Position numbers and translations under genes: made by a program
IMG/VR virus record: IMGVR_UViG_3300025333_000001
DNA from: an uncultured virus (IMG/VR IMGVR_UViG_3300025333_000001)
Taxonomy: Duplodnaviria; Heunggongvirae; Uroviricota; Caudoviricetes; Thumleimavirales; Hafunaviridae
Reading direction: 5' to 3' (one strand)
DNA: 64,000 nucleotides
In this document: one piece after another, positions 1 to 9,519 of the stretch
Position numbering within the stretch: the first letter of the stretch is position 1
Layout: each line of letters starts with the position of its first letter
Notes under the pieces: model-generated
What the model saw: only the letters and a program-made list of their open reading frames with translations
What the model was told of the DNA's origin: nothing
The model's database searches: none

Positions 1-137
1 CCATAGTCGGGTCCCCCCTCTCGGAAGATTTTTGCCACTTCTCTCGCTCCGAGGTGCTGCATGACTTCGTCGGTCAGGTCTTCGGCTCGCTGTCGTCGGG
101 TTTGGGTGTCGTATTTCATGATTTGATATCCGGGTAG

Positions 138-428
138 TTACCGCCACGATTCGCCTTTGTTGCTTTTGCCTTCGATAACATCCACCGATTCGCCATACTC
201 GGTGAGCATCACGGTGTTGTGGCTCGAAGAAGAGGCAACCAACCCCTCGTTATCCCACGTCGCCACGATCTGCCGGGCACGTTGTTGATGGATGCTGGTG
301 TTGTTCTCGGCGACTTGTGTGGACGAAATCTGGATGAACTCGCTGTTTTCGAGCGAGATCTTGAGTCGCTGCCAGAAGTGCTTTTCATCGGGTGCTACCT
401 GTCGTTTTGTCTCGTGTGTTTCGGTCAT
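138..428 (-). CDS. hypothetical protein
   Basis: 96-aa ORF whose start overlaps the stop of 425..736, in a minus-strand run of small ORFs. Confidence 0.6.
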   Translation of the reverse strand: MTETHETKRQVAPDEKHFWQRLKISLENSEFIQISSTQVAENNTSIHQQRARQIVATWDNEGLVASSSSHNTVMLTEYGESVDVIEGKSNKGESWR

Positions 429-736
429 TCGTCCGACTCCGTGATCTCGGTCTGTTTAATCGCCCAATCGATGCCGACCTCTTCGATGATGGAGATGCTG
501 GAATTGCGCCAGAACTTACCATCGGTGACATCGGCGAGGAACTCTTCGAGGTAGCCCACGGGATCATCAACGGCCTGTTGGGGAACCTGATAGAACTCGC
601 TGAGGTCGAACTCGTCGGCTTCGAACACGATGTGTTCATCTTCGCCATCGGGGGTGAGTACCCCCACCGCTCCGTCGTGGTGTTCTTTCAGTTGGCAGTA
701 CGATTTGTCAGCCGTGTCGTAGTAAATTTCTGTCAT
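425..736 (-). CDS. hypothetical acidic protein, tandem paralogue of 733..990
   Basis: MTEIYYD...AIKQTEITESDE shared with the neighbour; DNA nearly identical at both ends. Confidence 0.8.
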   Translation of the reverse strand: MTEIYYDTADKSYCQLKEHHDGAVGVLTPDGEDEHIVFEADEFDLSEFYQVPQQAVDDPVGYLEEFLADVTDGKFWRNSSISIIEEVGIDWAIKQTEITESDE

Positions 737-990
737 TCGTCCGACTCCGTGATCTCGGTCTGTTTAATCGCCCACTCGATGCCGACCCCTTCGAGGTCTT
801 CGAGGTAGCCCACAGGGTCATCAACGGCCTGTGTGGGAACGTAATGGAACTCGCTGCCGTCGAACTCGTCGGCTTCGAACATCATGTATGGATGTTCGCC
901 ATCGGGAGTGAGTACCACCACCGCCCCGTCTTGGCATTCTTTCAGTTGGCAGTACGTTAGATCAACCTTGTCGTAGTAAATTTCTGTCAT
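733..990 (-). CDS. hypothetical acidic protein, tandem paralogue of 425..736
   Basis: Same N- and C-termini; lacks an 18-aa segment present in the paralogue. Confidence 0.8.
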   Translation of the reverse strand: MTEIYYDKVDLTYCQLKECQDGAVVVLTPDGEHPYMMFEADEFDGSEFHYVPTQAVDDPVGYLEDLEGVGIEWAIKQTEITESDE

Positions 991-992
991 TG

Positions 993-1193
993 TCAGATTT
1001 CCTCAATCGAGTAGCCGTCGCCATTGCGCCAGACGTTCGCTTCATCGACTTCAACGTAAGTTGTTGCATCGTACACCGCAATCGTGTATCGCTCGCCAGT
1101 CGCCACCACTTCGCCGGGAACTACTCCCTCCACCGCACCGAGATCAGCCATCACGCTATCCCCTCGCTGGGGGGCGTCTTGCTGGATACTCAT
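993..1193 (-). CDS. small hypothetical protein
   Basis: ATG at 1193 overlaps the upstream stop; acidic composition. Confidence 0.6.
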   Translation of the reverse strand: MSIQQDAPQRGDSVMADLGAVEGVVPGEVVATGERYTIAVYDATTYVEVDEANVWRNGDGYSIEEI

Positions 1194-1456
1194 GCGGTTT
1201 CTCCGTAAAGCGCGACCTTTGCGTTCAACCATTCGACGAGGCCGGCGAAGTTGTGCTCGGTGACGTAGTAGCGTCCACCGAGAACCTCACCGTCTCGACT
1301 TAATTCGATGCTTCCGTTGTCGGTGCGGTTCACCAGAAAGCCACGGTAATTCACGCAGACAAACTTTCCGTCAATGAGACCGGACAACAGGCCGATTTCT
1401 TGTTGGTGGGTCGGTTCGTCAATGTTCGCAACGTCTTCGGGGTTCGTGTAATCCAT
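1190..1456 (-). CDS. hypothetical protein
   Basis: ORF 1190..1516, likely start MDYTNP at 1456. Confidence 0.6.
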   Translation of the reverse strand: MDYTNPEDVANIDEPTHQQEIGLLSGLIDGKFVCVNYRGFLVNRTDNGSIELSRDGEVLGGRYYVTEHNFAGLVEWLNAKVALYGETA

Positions 1457-1549
1457 GTTAGGTTTTGTCCCTTCGGGGGCTGGCCGTCCCACCGTTAGGG
1501 GAACGTGAGGGGTCATTGCCCACCGCCATCGTTTAGCTATCGCCTACAC

Positions 1550-1861
1550 TTAAACCGTTTCGCCAGCAAGCAGTTTCTCGCGGTTGCTTCGCCCGTCTGT
1601 CGTCCCCTCTTCGGGGTCGTAGGAATCGGGTATGTGTCGCCCGTCGTAGTGATCGGTTAACCGCCGACCATCGGCTTCGTCACTGTCGTCGGGGGCGTCA
1701 TCGAGTTCGACATCGTCCACGAATGCCAGTCCCTCTTGCTGGGTCATCGTCGGACCTTCTGCTCGCTCATTGACGTTGCGACTGACAGCCCCCAATGCAG
1801 GGTCTGTGTGGTCCAGCATCTCGCTCCGGTGGTTCCATCCGTCGTTTCGGTCGTCACTCAT
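1550..1861 (-). CDS. hypothetical acidic protein
   Basis: Likely start MSDDRN at 1861, coupled to the stop of 1858..2193. Confidence 0.6.
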   Translation of the reverse strand: MSDDRNDGWNHRSEMLDHTDPALGAVSRNVNERAEGPTMTQQEGLAFVDDVELDDAPDDSDEADGRRLTDHYDGRHIPDSYDPEEGTTDGRSNREKLLAGETV

Positions 1862-2193
1862 AGTTCGTCGTACTCCGATGCAATCGCGCTGTTGATCATG
1901 TCTGCGATCTTTGCGGTGTCTTTGACCTCGGTGTCTTCGAAGAGGGTCGAAGTCGTCCACACGTCAGTATCGACCTGTTCGACAACCTGACCGTTCTCAC
2001 CGAGAATGATAAGCCGGTCGTCGGTGTCTCGCGGCGTTTTGACCACGCAGAATCCGACGTGCCACCGGAATATTTCGCCGATCAGCAGATCACCCACAAT
2101 GCTGGGGTCAATACAGGGGGTAGTAGCTTCATCCATGTCGTCCCACTGGGCCTTAATCTCAGCATCGGCGGCATCGGGCAGGTCGCTACTCAT
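1858..2193 (-). CDS. hypothetical protein, paralogue of 6477..6773
   Basis: Shares GENG..V.TDVWTTS.L..TEVKD.AKIAD.INSAIASE with 6477..6773. Confidence 0.75.
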   Translation of the reverse strand: MSSDLPDAADAEIKAQWDDMDEATTPCIDPSIVGDLLIGEIFRWHVGFCVVKTPRDTDDRLIILGENGQVVEQVDTDVWTTSTLFEDTEVKDTAKIADMINSAIASEYDEL

Positions 2194-2368
2194 CGTCACC
2201 CTCCACGAGGCTGCCGTAGGGAGTCTTCTCTCGTTTCGCGTCGATTTGCGCCTGTTCAATCGCCTCTACCTCATCGTCGTCTAAGCTGTCTTCTACTGTC
2301 GTCATGGTTGTGTCCCGGCATTTGTATCCCGCCCCGGTCTGGCGGAAGTCCTCGCGGGTGAATTGCAC
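2186..2368 (-). CDS. small hypothetical protein
   Basis: 60-aa acidic ORF in the operon. Confidence 0.45.
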   Translation of the reverse strand: MQFTREDFRQTGAGYKCRDTTMTTVEDSLDDDEVEAIEQAQIDAKREKTPYGSLVEGDDE

Positions 2369-2428
2369 ACCCTACGCTAACACGAGGGGGGAACGAAGGA
2401 GGGAGTCAACGGGGGTTAAATGTTTGCT

Positions 2429-3508
2429 CTACAGCCCGACCATGGCTTTTGCTTCGTCAGTGTCCATCCCGTCGTCCTCAACCAATGACATCGCCATTTC
2501 GACCTTTGTGGCCTTGCCAACATCGTCCGTATCGACCGCGGTGGGGACTTCGGGGTCGCCACCGTTAGACTCTTTGGGTTCATCAAAGAAGCCTCCACTG
2601 CCGCCCGTGTTGCCATTCGAGGAGGGCGCCGGTTCCTCATTGCGCTCTTTGGCGCGTTTGAGGGCTTTCTCAAGGGCCGGCACTGCCGTCTTGCGGTTCT
2701 CGGTGGCTTTCTCGGCGTCCAGCATCATGCTAACCATCGCGACATCCGACGACCCCTCAACAGTCTCCATCATCTCATCAATCGTGAGTTCGAGAGGAAC
2801 GGGATACCCCTCAAGGTTGGAATCGATGTAATCCGGCTCGACTCCCATCGCTCGGGCTGTTTCCTCAAGGGGGTTGAGCTGATTTTCGGGAATGGCTGGC
2901 TCGTCTGGGATCTGGGCGATTAGTTCGAGCGCGTCTTCGAGTTCCGACTCGGTGGTCACATAGTGGGGGAGTGCCTTGCCATCGATCACGGGGAACCGGG
3001 GGGTCAGACCCCGCCCGATCTCGTCGGTACTCCCTTCGGGCCATGTCGGTTCGCCATCGCTGTCTTTTGCGACCCCCTCTTGGGCTTCAAGGGCCAGTAG
3101 TTCATCCCCCGTGGCATCGACCGTCTCGATGGTGGGTAGCTCGTTACCGAAGTGGTGGGCGTAACTGTCGTCTTCATGGCCTTCGGAGGGGTTGAACCGA
3201 ATCGATCCCGTCACCTCTTCGCGCTGTCGGGCGCCGATCTTCTGCTTGGCTTCGTAAAGGGCCTTGTAGTACTTGAGTTGAACCGACCGCTTTTCCTCGG
3301 GAATGCCGGACCATGTGGTCGTCTCGTCTTTGTGGGCCTTGAGGAATGCCGCTGCAACGTCTGTCGGGTGGGTCAGTGCGATGTACCAGTCGGAGGTTTC
3401 GTTAGGAATCACGTTCATGGTTGGGGTGTCGTCAGTTTCGTTCGTGTTGTCGTCGCCCGATTCATCGCCGAAAAAGCCGTCTTCTGCTTTGGTATAGCGG
3501 TCTGCCAT
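2429..3508 (-). CDS. hypothetical acidic protein directly downstream of the candidate large ncRNA
   Basis: Long acidic ORF; likely ATG at 3508 (MADRYTK). Confidence 0.8.
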   Translation of the reverse strand: MADRYTKAEDGFFGDESGDDNTNETDDTPTMNVIPNETSDWYIALTHPTDVAAAFLKAHKDETTTWSGIPEEKRSVQLKYYKALYEAKQKIGARQREEVTGSIRFNPSEGHEDDSYAHHFGNELPTIETVDATGDELLALEAQEGVAKDSDGEPTWPEGSTDEIGRGLTPRFPVIDGKALPHYVTTESELEDALELIAQIPDEPAIPENQLNPLEETARAMGVEPDYIDSNLEGYPVPLELTIDEMMETVEGSSDVAMVSMMLDAEKATENRKTAVPALEKALKRAKERNEEPAPSSNGNTGGSGGFFDEPKESNGGDPEVPTAVDTDDVGKATKVEMAMSLVEDDGMDTDEAKAMVGL

Positions 3509-3509
3509 A

Positions 3510-4765
3510 GTTGGTCCCCCAATTCGCGGGGGGTATCGTGTATCCAATGCCGGGGATACAAGCCGGTGTCGGGGGAGTCGCGCGGCTCATACCGGGCGAC
3601 CCCCTCACCGACAGAGTGAATACTGCTGGTGTTTGCAGACTATCATCGCTCGTAAGAACTTCGTGCTGGTTCGTAACGAACCCCCTAAATCGGGGGCCGC
3701 CCTAACAGTCGAAAGGAAGGCTCAATGCTTCCCGGCCCGGTAGGGGCCTAGGCTCCGTTGCGCCATTTGTAAACGGGTTCATGCCGATGCTACATCGTTC
3801 TCAGATGGATTCATCGGTTGTCACCGGGGGCTTAAGGCCCCCTTTTGCGCAGTATCGATCACTCCAATTCGCTCGCTTCCTTCCCCTCGCGGGGGTTTCG
3901 GGCGGGAATCTTCGACGTGTCGATTTCCGTGGCGGGTGAGCTAAGTCTGGTGGTGTCATGGGATTTTGATCGTCGGTCGGCCTTCGTCAGGGTCAATGGT
4001 GCGCAGTCAAAATCCTTTGCACTGCGATTACCCCTTTACAGGGGGGCAACACCTCTCCCTTCCGCGATTCGGTCCAATTCAGTTCTTTCCGGCTGCCATC
4101 TCTTCCTGCTTGCGCTTTCCGATAATGACAGTGAGGTCGCTGGTAGCTATTAGAGTCTCGATTTATCACCCGATTACGGGATTTCGCACCGCATCCCAAC
4201 CGAGTTTCACGATCCCGCCCCCTCTCGGGGTGCAACTGAGGAACACTCAGGGGTCGCTATTCGGGGGTGGAGACTTACTCCCACATCCACGACTGACATC
4301 TTGCCCACGCCATTGTATGACCCCCTTAAAGGGGGCACAGCGTGTCAATGCCGTCGCTTCAGCATGGCCCGAAGGCCGCGACGTGATTAACTCGTGATAC
4401 ATGAGGATTAGGGTCGAACTCGATGGGGGCTGTAAGGGGGCAACCCACCCCATCTTTAGATATTCGGCGGCCATTCACCACATCCCCCGTAGGGGATCTG
4501 ACTGACCGTCCCTCGTTAGCCCCCCTTACGGGATTTCACTGATCAACCTACCGGGGGGCATCTTCTATCGCACGAAGGCGATTTACACGTACCAGCCAAC
4601 CTCAAGGCCCCCCATACCACCCCTGAATCGGGGTAGATCACCGCCCTAAAACGGGGGGTGGGGGGCCTCTCTCTCGTGTGCGGACACACAGACAGAGTGA
4701 GGCAAGCGGACACCGACCCAGTCTAAACAGACCGGGCGTAGCCGCAGCGGGCTACGAGGTGTGAC
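3510..4765 (-). ncRNA. candidate large (~1.25 kb) structured non-coding RNA
   Basis: No credible ORF; continuous hairpins capped by GNRA/UNCG loops only in the minus orientation; TATA-like promoter at 4787-4792. Confidence 0.7.
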
Positions 4766-4785
4766 TTAGACAAAGAGGTGGCTGC

Positions 4786-4805
4786 ACTTAAAGGTTTGGA
4801 TTTCC
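4786..4805 (-). promoter_or_regulatory. archaeal BRE/TATA-type promoter
   Basis: Minus strand reads GGAAATCCAAACCTTTAAGT, about 25 nt upstream of the structured region. Confidence 0.65.
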
Positions 4806-5090
4806 TTAGACTACTACGTAGTAGTAGTCTATAGAGCAGATTCACCAGTCTCAACACTAAATTTAACCGTCTCAAACAGTGGAATTACCCAGTAATACAC
4901 CGAGTAATATCACTGCTTGACTTGCTGATCAAAAGTTACAGACGGCACGCAGCGGCCCTGTATGTACTGTTTACTGTTTAGACGGCGAAAAACCGCCGCT
5001 AAAATGATCTCACAGACAGGCAGCCACCCCCGGTTTGTAACTGGGGGGGTGGGGGGCCTAACCTCGTAGCTGGATCCACGATCCACACCA

Positions 5091-5409
5091 GTGTTGTAAC
5101 TGTGCGGTGCTGTGCTGTGCGGTGCTGTAGTTGCGGTGCTGTGCGGTGCTGTACTGTTGTGTTACTGTAGCAGCACCCTCCCCGAATTACAGCACGAGGG
5201 GTTAAACCTACGGTGTTAACCCCCGGTGTTGTAACTGTGCGGTGCTGTGCGGTGCTGTGCTGTGCGGTGCTGTAGTTGCGGTGCTGTGCGGTGCTGTGCT
5301 GTGCGGTGCTGTAGTTGCGGTGCTGTGCGGTGCTGTAGTTGCGGTGCTGTGCGGTGCTGTACTGTTGTGTTACTGTAGCAGCACCCTCCCCGAATTACAG
5401 CACGAGGGG
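5091..5409. repeat. two tandem copies of an intergenic repeat made of GTGCTGTGCG/GTAGTTGCG microrepeats plus a CCCGAATTACAGCACGAG tail
   Basis: Copies at 5091-5201 and 5226-5409; related to 35735-35895 and 54811-54970. Confidence 0.85.
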
Positions 5410-5757
5410 ATGCACCTCGTGGTTAGACCTCACAGTCTGCACCGTAAGGTGACACCCTCGGTTGTCCCTTTGAGGGACCGGGGTTGTTTGAACCTATGGC
5501 TCAAAACCGACCACTGACCTACCACCAGATTCCAATCAGAGGCTCCAGATAGCGTCACAGGCGCTTTTTCGAACGGTGGTGGTACCTGACACCGTTTGAC
5601 CTCCGAAAAAGCGCCTGACAAGCCTGTGAGCGGCTTTGGCGGTGTGGGTCCGAATCTGACCTACCCACGGTGCAAACTGTGATCGATTACAAGGCCGCAG
5701 CTAGGGTGGGTGGCAACAAGCCAAAAAAAAAAGTCCGACCGGGGTGGCTACGGGGGG

Positions 5758-6480
5758 TTAGTCTTCTGCCGTGGCGAGTGCCTTAGACGACACCATGCCG
5801 TCGTTACGCAGGGCGCGGAATACTGTCTGTTCGGTGTCACTGAGGCGTTCGACCGTCACGTCGTCGGCACTATGCTCGCAACCGTTGCAGAACGGGATAA
5901 GGCCGTCCTTCGTGAGTTTCGCACCCACCGTCTCACCCTCATGCTCGCTGCGATTGAGACACTCTCCCGCAAGGGCGACATAGTCTTCCCCCGTTTCCAG
6001 CAGGCTTCGGACCTGCTTGAAGTCGGTTTCCGATGGGTCAGTTTTGACGCTGGCTCGCAGATCATCCTGTTTGTCCTCGCTAAGGTCCTTGAACGACTCT
6101 GGCTCCGACTGTTCCGGGGTGTCGCCTGACGGATCATCGCCCGGCATGACACCCATGTCGGCGAGGGTGTCGACCATGGGTTCTCTTTTCATGTTTACGA
6201 CACCATGCTCCGCGGCGGCGGATTGGAATCTCGGCCAGTCGTCGGCCGCGATCTTTGCCCACGCGTCGCGGATCTCCGCTTCGCCCTGTTCGGGGGTGTC
6301 GGGGGTGGCTGGTTCGCCCTGTTCGGGGGTGTCGGGGGTGGCTTCGACTGCGCCCCACGTGTGATCCATGGTCGTTCCGTCGTCGAATTCGACCGTGACA
6401 GACACTCCGGTGGGGGTGTCGAAGCTGGCGGCCTTGGCTATGAACTGTGCGACATCGTCGGCTTCGATTTGGTTACTCAT
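5758..6480 (-). CDS. hypothetical acidic protein with a C-terminal Cys/His cluster
   Basis: Start MSNQIEADD at 6480; internal ATPDTPEQGE duplication; ECLNRSEH...FCNGC. Confidence 0.7.
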   Translation of the reverse strand: MSNQIEADDVAQFIAKAASFDTPTGVSVTVEFDDGTTMDHTWGAVEATPDTPEQGEPATPDTPEQGEAEIRDAWAKIAADDWPRFQSAAAEHGVVNMKREPMVDTLADMGVMPGDDPSGDTPEQSEPESFKDLSEDKQDDLRASVKTDPSETDFKQVRSLLETGEDYVALAGECLNRSEHEGETVGAKLTKDGLIPFCNGCEHSADDVTVERLSDTEQTVFRALRNDGMVSSKALATAED

Positions 6481-6773
6481 AGGTCTCCCTCCTCCGATGC
6501 GATCGCGCTGTTGATCGTGTCTGCGATCTTTGCGAGGTCCTTGACCTCGGTCTCCGACAGGGCGGAAGTCGTCCACACGTCAGTATTGACGCGCTTGATA
6601 AGATGGCCGTTCTCGCCGCGGACCAGCAGATCGTCGCCGTCCTTTTCGATCTTGCAAATCACGACTCGCCAGCTATCAAGTTCGCCAGTGAGCAAATCGC
6701 CCACGAGGCTGGGACCGACACTGGGGGTGTTCTCATGCTGTTCGATTTCGTCGGCTTCGATCTGGTTCGACAT
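6477..6773 (-). CDS. hypothetical protein, paralogue of 1858..2193
   Basis: ATG at 6773, about 27 nt below a TTAAGT box (6800-6805, minus strand), consistent with a leaderless transcript. Confidence 0.75.
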   Translation of the reverse strand: MSNQIEADEIEQHENTPSVGPSLVGDLLTGELDSWRVVICKIEKDGDDLLVRGENGHLIKRVNTDVWTTSALSETEVKDLAKIADTINSAIASEEGDL

Positions 6774-6994
6774 TGCGATTGGAGCAACGGGTTGGCTTGA
6801 CTTAAGGCTTGGGGTGCCCAAAACCGCAAGACGGCGCGGGGTTCACCGGCTCAGAAGGGGCTATACCAATACCCGCGCGTTGCAACGCGTGCGGAAAGGG
6901 AGACCGATACAAACCCCCCCAAAACACTACCACGCACCCCCCGCTGCGGGCCGTCTTCGATCATCGACACACCCCTCAAACCGACTGTGGGCAC

Positions 6995-7119
6995 CCCCAG
7001 TTTGAGCCACCCCAGACACCCCAGTTTGAGCCACCCCAGACACCCCAGTTTGGCCCACCCCAGACACCCCAGTTTGAGCCACCCCAGACACCCCAGTTTG
7101 GACCACCCCAGACACCCCA
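6995..7119. repeat. 24-bp tandem repeat, 5 copies
   Basis: CCCCAGTTTG(AG/GC/GA)CCACCCCAGACA at 6995, 7019, 7043, 7067 and 7091. Confidence 0.95.
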
Positions 7120-7987
7120 CGGGGGGGTTGTGATCGTGTTACTTTCCCCCCCACCCCCACCCCCCACACGGAACCCATATTTTTACACCATGGATACTGA
7201 CACACACACCCCCCACCATGGCACCCCCCACCGAGGGTGCCCCACCCACCCCCCACCATGGCACCGAGGGTGCCCCACCCACCCTCTAGATCCCCGAGGT
7301 GCCACCAAGGGCACCCCCCACCCACCCTTTCCGCATGCCTGCGCAATCAATGGGTGCCCCCCTCGGTGTGCTGCTACCTCCGGTTTGAGCCAATGACAGC
7401 GATTCGATGAGGCCGCCGAACACAGCAGGCTAACTCCGAGCAAGTCGGGGGGTGGGGGGAGGGGGGGAGACTCCCGGTGATCACCCAGTCAAAACCCACA
7501 GAAGGCAGAGGGTTGGAACACCAATCGGGCAGGCGGGCGCGCGATTTTGGTAAGTCACCCCCCGTTCTGATGCCCAAATCCGAAACATTTTGCCCAAATC
7601 GGGCCAAACCGGGGGTAACAACCGGGGGTAACATCTCTGAACAACAACTTTCGGCAAAAAATATCAGTTAGCCCCCAGTGGGTGGTTCCCATGTCGTGCT
7701 AACTCTCAAATTCCGACCCCCCAAGGTCGAAAGTGGGGGTGCAAATTCCACGAACCCCGACTCGGCGGACATCCACCGGGTGACTGACGGGGAAAACTCA
7801 AGTTCGCGCCCCAGTTGACATTCTGCGCGGCAATGCGATGAGGCCGTCGGTTTCGTCGGCAAATACCAATCTTAAAAAATTTTGAGCAACATTTTCGACG
7901 GGTTTAAGGGGTTTGGACCCAATATCGCGCGCTTTTCTCCCCCGTGAGGGTAAACATGGGGTTGAAACACCGGGCTACCCCCCTCCC

Positions 7988-8013
7988 TATATAAACCGTC
8001 TACCTTTCATAGT
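7988..8013 (+). promoter_or_regulatory. putative late promoter
   Basis: TATATAAACCGtcTACCTTTCATAGT; 24/26 identical to 26787-26812. Confidence 0.7.
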
Positions 8014-8199
8014 AGTGAGAACAGCGGTGCGGTATGGGTAGTTACACGGGGTTGTCCCCCTTGGGGTTGAACCCAGTGGTTGTAACTCGGTTGTAACTAC
8101 GCAAGAACAACGCGTACTGTCCGGCGGCGTCCTCGAATTACAACACGAGTCGTTACACCACGAGGTTGAACCCCGGAACGACCACACTCAATTACAACC

Positions 8200-9090
8200 A
8201 TGGCAGCCGGAGAATTAACGGGAGCGACCGCCGAGGAGCTACCCGCAATGAAAGAGCGGCACGAAGACGCAAGGCTCTACAACCGGAACGCCATCGAGTT
8301 CGAGGTCGCGTTTTGCCTCAGACGGATTGGCAAGCAACCAGACGACTACGACGGACCCGACCGGTTTTGCAAACGGTACGCGGCCCGGCTGACACGCGAA
8401 GAGTGGGAAAACCGGTACGATGACGAGTTTCCCACCACGAAAGGCCATGACAGTTTTGACGAGCGGGCCTACCACACTCAGTGTCAGTTCCACGGGCGCA
8501 GCGGAAACCCGAACGTCCACGACAACGTCGACGTGGGCTTCACGAATTTAAAACACGGTATGTACGCAGAAAATTGGCGACTCGCAGAGGATTTCTCGGA
8601 GGCAGACGCTGCCATGTTCGATTACATCCTCAGTTGGGCTGACATTTACGGCTGGCCCGACCGCGAGACAGATCCGGGACGGTACGACCTGCTCGAACAG
8701 TTCGCCTACGACCGGGTGCGATCACTTCGGGCCGAGGAGTACTTCGAGGAGATAGCCGCAGAGAACGACGGACAGTCCGAGATCGAATATCGGGATGTCC
8801 GCGACGACGAGGGTGTTGTCGTGGGCGAAGTTCCCGTGCCGAACACACTCGGCGAAGACCTACGGCTGCTCCGCAAGGACATGCGGGACCAGATGAAGGA
8901 ACTGGGCCTCACGCCCAAGTCCCGCGGCAAGATGGACGCGCTGGAAGAGCAGGCGTCGGCTCACGAAGCAATCGGCCAGTTGGCTGACGAAGCCCTGAAA
9001 GGCGACCATGAGTATGACCCGACGAGCTTTTCTGACGGTGATGGCGACGAGTCGGAACTCGATGAGGCGGGGACAGAGGTGGAGGACTGA
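8200..9090 (+). CDS. putative terminase small subunit
   Basis: Upstream of the large terminase; ELGLTPKSR resembles the P27-type TerS C-terminal motif. Confidence 0.65.
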   Translation: MAAGELTGATAEELPAMKERHEDARLYNRNAIEFEVAFCLRRIGKQPDDYDGPDRFCKRYAARLTREEWENRYDDEFPTTKGHDSFDERAYHTQCQFHGRSGNPNVHDNVDVGFTNLKHGMYAENWRLAEDFSEADAAMFDYILSWADIYGWPDRETDPGRYDLLEQFAYDRVRSLRAEEYFEEIAAENDGQSEIEYRDVRDDEGVVVGEVPVPNTLGEDLRLLRKDMRDQMKELGLTPKSRGKMDALEEQASAHEAIGQLADEALKGDHEYDPTSFSDGDGDESELDEAGTEVED

Positions 9091-9272
9091 TGCCGGAAAG
9101 ACTTCCGGTATGCTACGGTAACACGAGCTTCGTACACCGATTCTTAGCTCACCAACCCGCTCCGATGCAGGTCGTTGAGAAAAACGGTCTCGGAACAGTC
9201 TATCGTTGCGAGAAATGCCGAGCAACAATCCGCCATCACTACAAATACGAAGATGAAGACACCACAACTTGA
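9090..9272 (+). CDS. small Zn-ribbon-like protein
   Basis: Translationally coupled start; C..H and CEKC residues. Confidence 0.45.
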   Translation: MPERLPVCYGNTSFVHRFLAHQPAPMQVVEKNGLGTVYRCEKCRATIRHHYKYEDEDTTT

Positions 9273-9519
9273 ATCATTCTCTGCTGGCTACTGGCTGGCT
9301 GATGATGTGCAAGTCGATACTTACGATGGAGAAATCGCTCTCATGGACGAGACGCTCTATCGTGAACTGGTGGCCCTCATCGGCGAACCAATCACAGGAC
9401 TGATCGACAGTCTTCATTATGAATTCCAGCCCACGCGTTCTGTCCTTACCGGGCGTGTGGCAGTTCCCACGGAAAATCATCGCGGTTCTGGAAGCCGCAC
9501 ACTGTTACTTCAAAAATGA
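9253..9519 (+). CDS. hypothetical protein (resembles a small haloarchaeal family, possibly DUF5802)
   Basis: ESFSAGYWL N-terminal motif; family recalled from memory only. Confidence 0.5.
   Translation: MKTPQLESFSAGYWLADDVQVDTYDGEIALMDETLYRELVALIGEPITGLIDSLHYEFQPTRSVLTGRVAVPTENHRGSGSRTLLLQK

Noticed and set aside
3510..4765. Group I/II intron, RNase P RNA or rRNA fragment
   Set aside because: No complete domain V, no GAGGAAAGUCC or rRNA signature recognised, and no interrupted host ORF. Judged by eye only, so an Rfam search is still needed.
6995..7119. CRISPR array
   Set aside because: Contiguous 24-bp tandem units without unique spacers; the same applies to 54977-55073 and 5091-5409.
6809..7443. 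Repeat-encoded ORFs (PPQTPQFE, WGVWGGSN) and similar ORFs at 5242..5517 and 35797..36042
   Set aside because: By-products of tandem repeats open in several frames, with non-halophilic composition.
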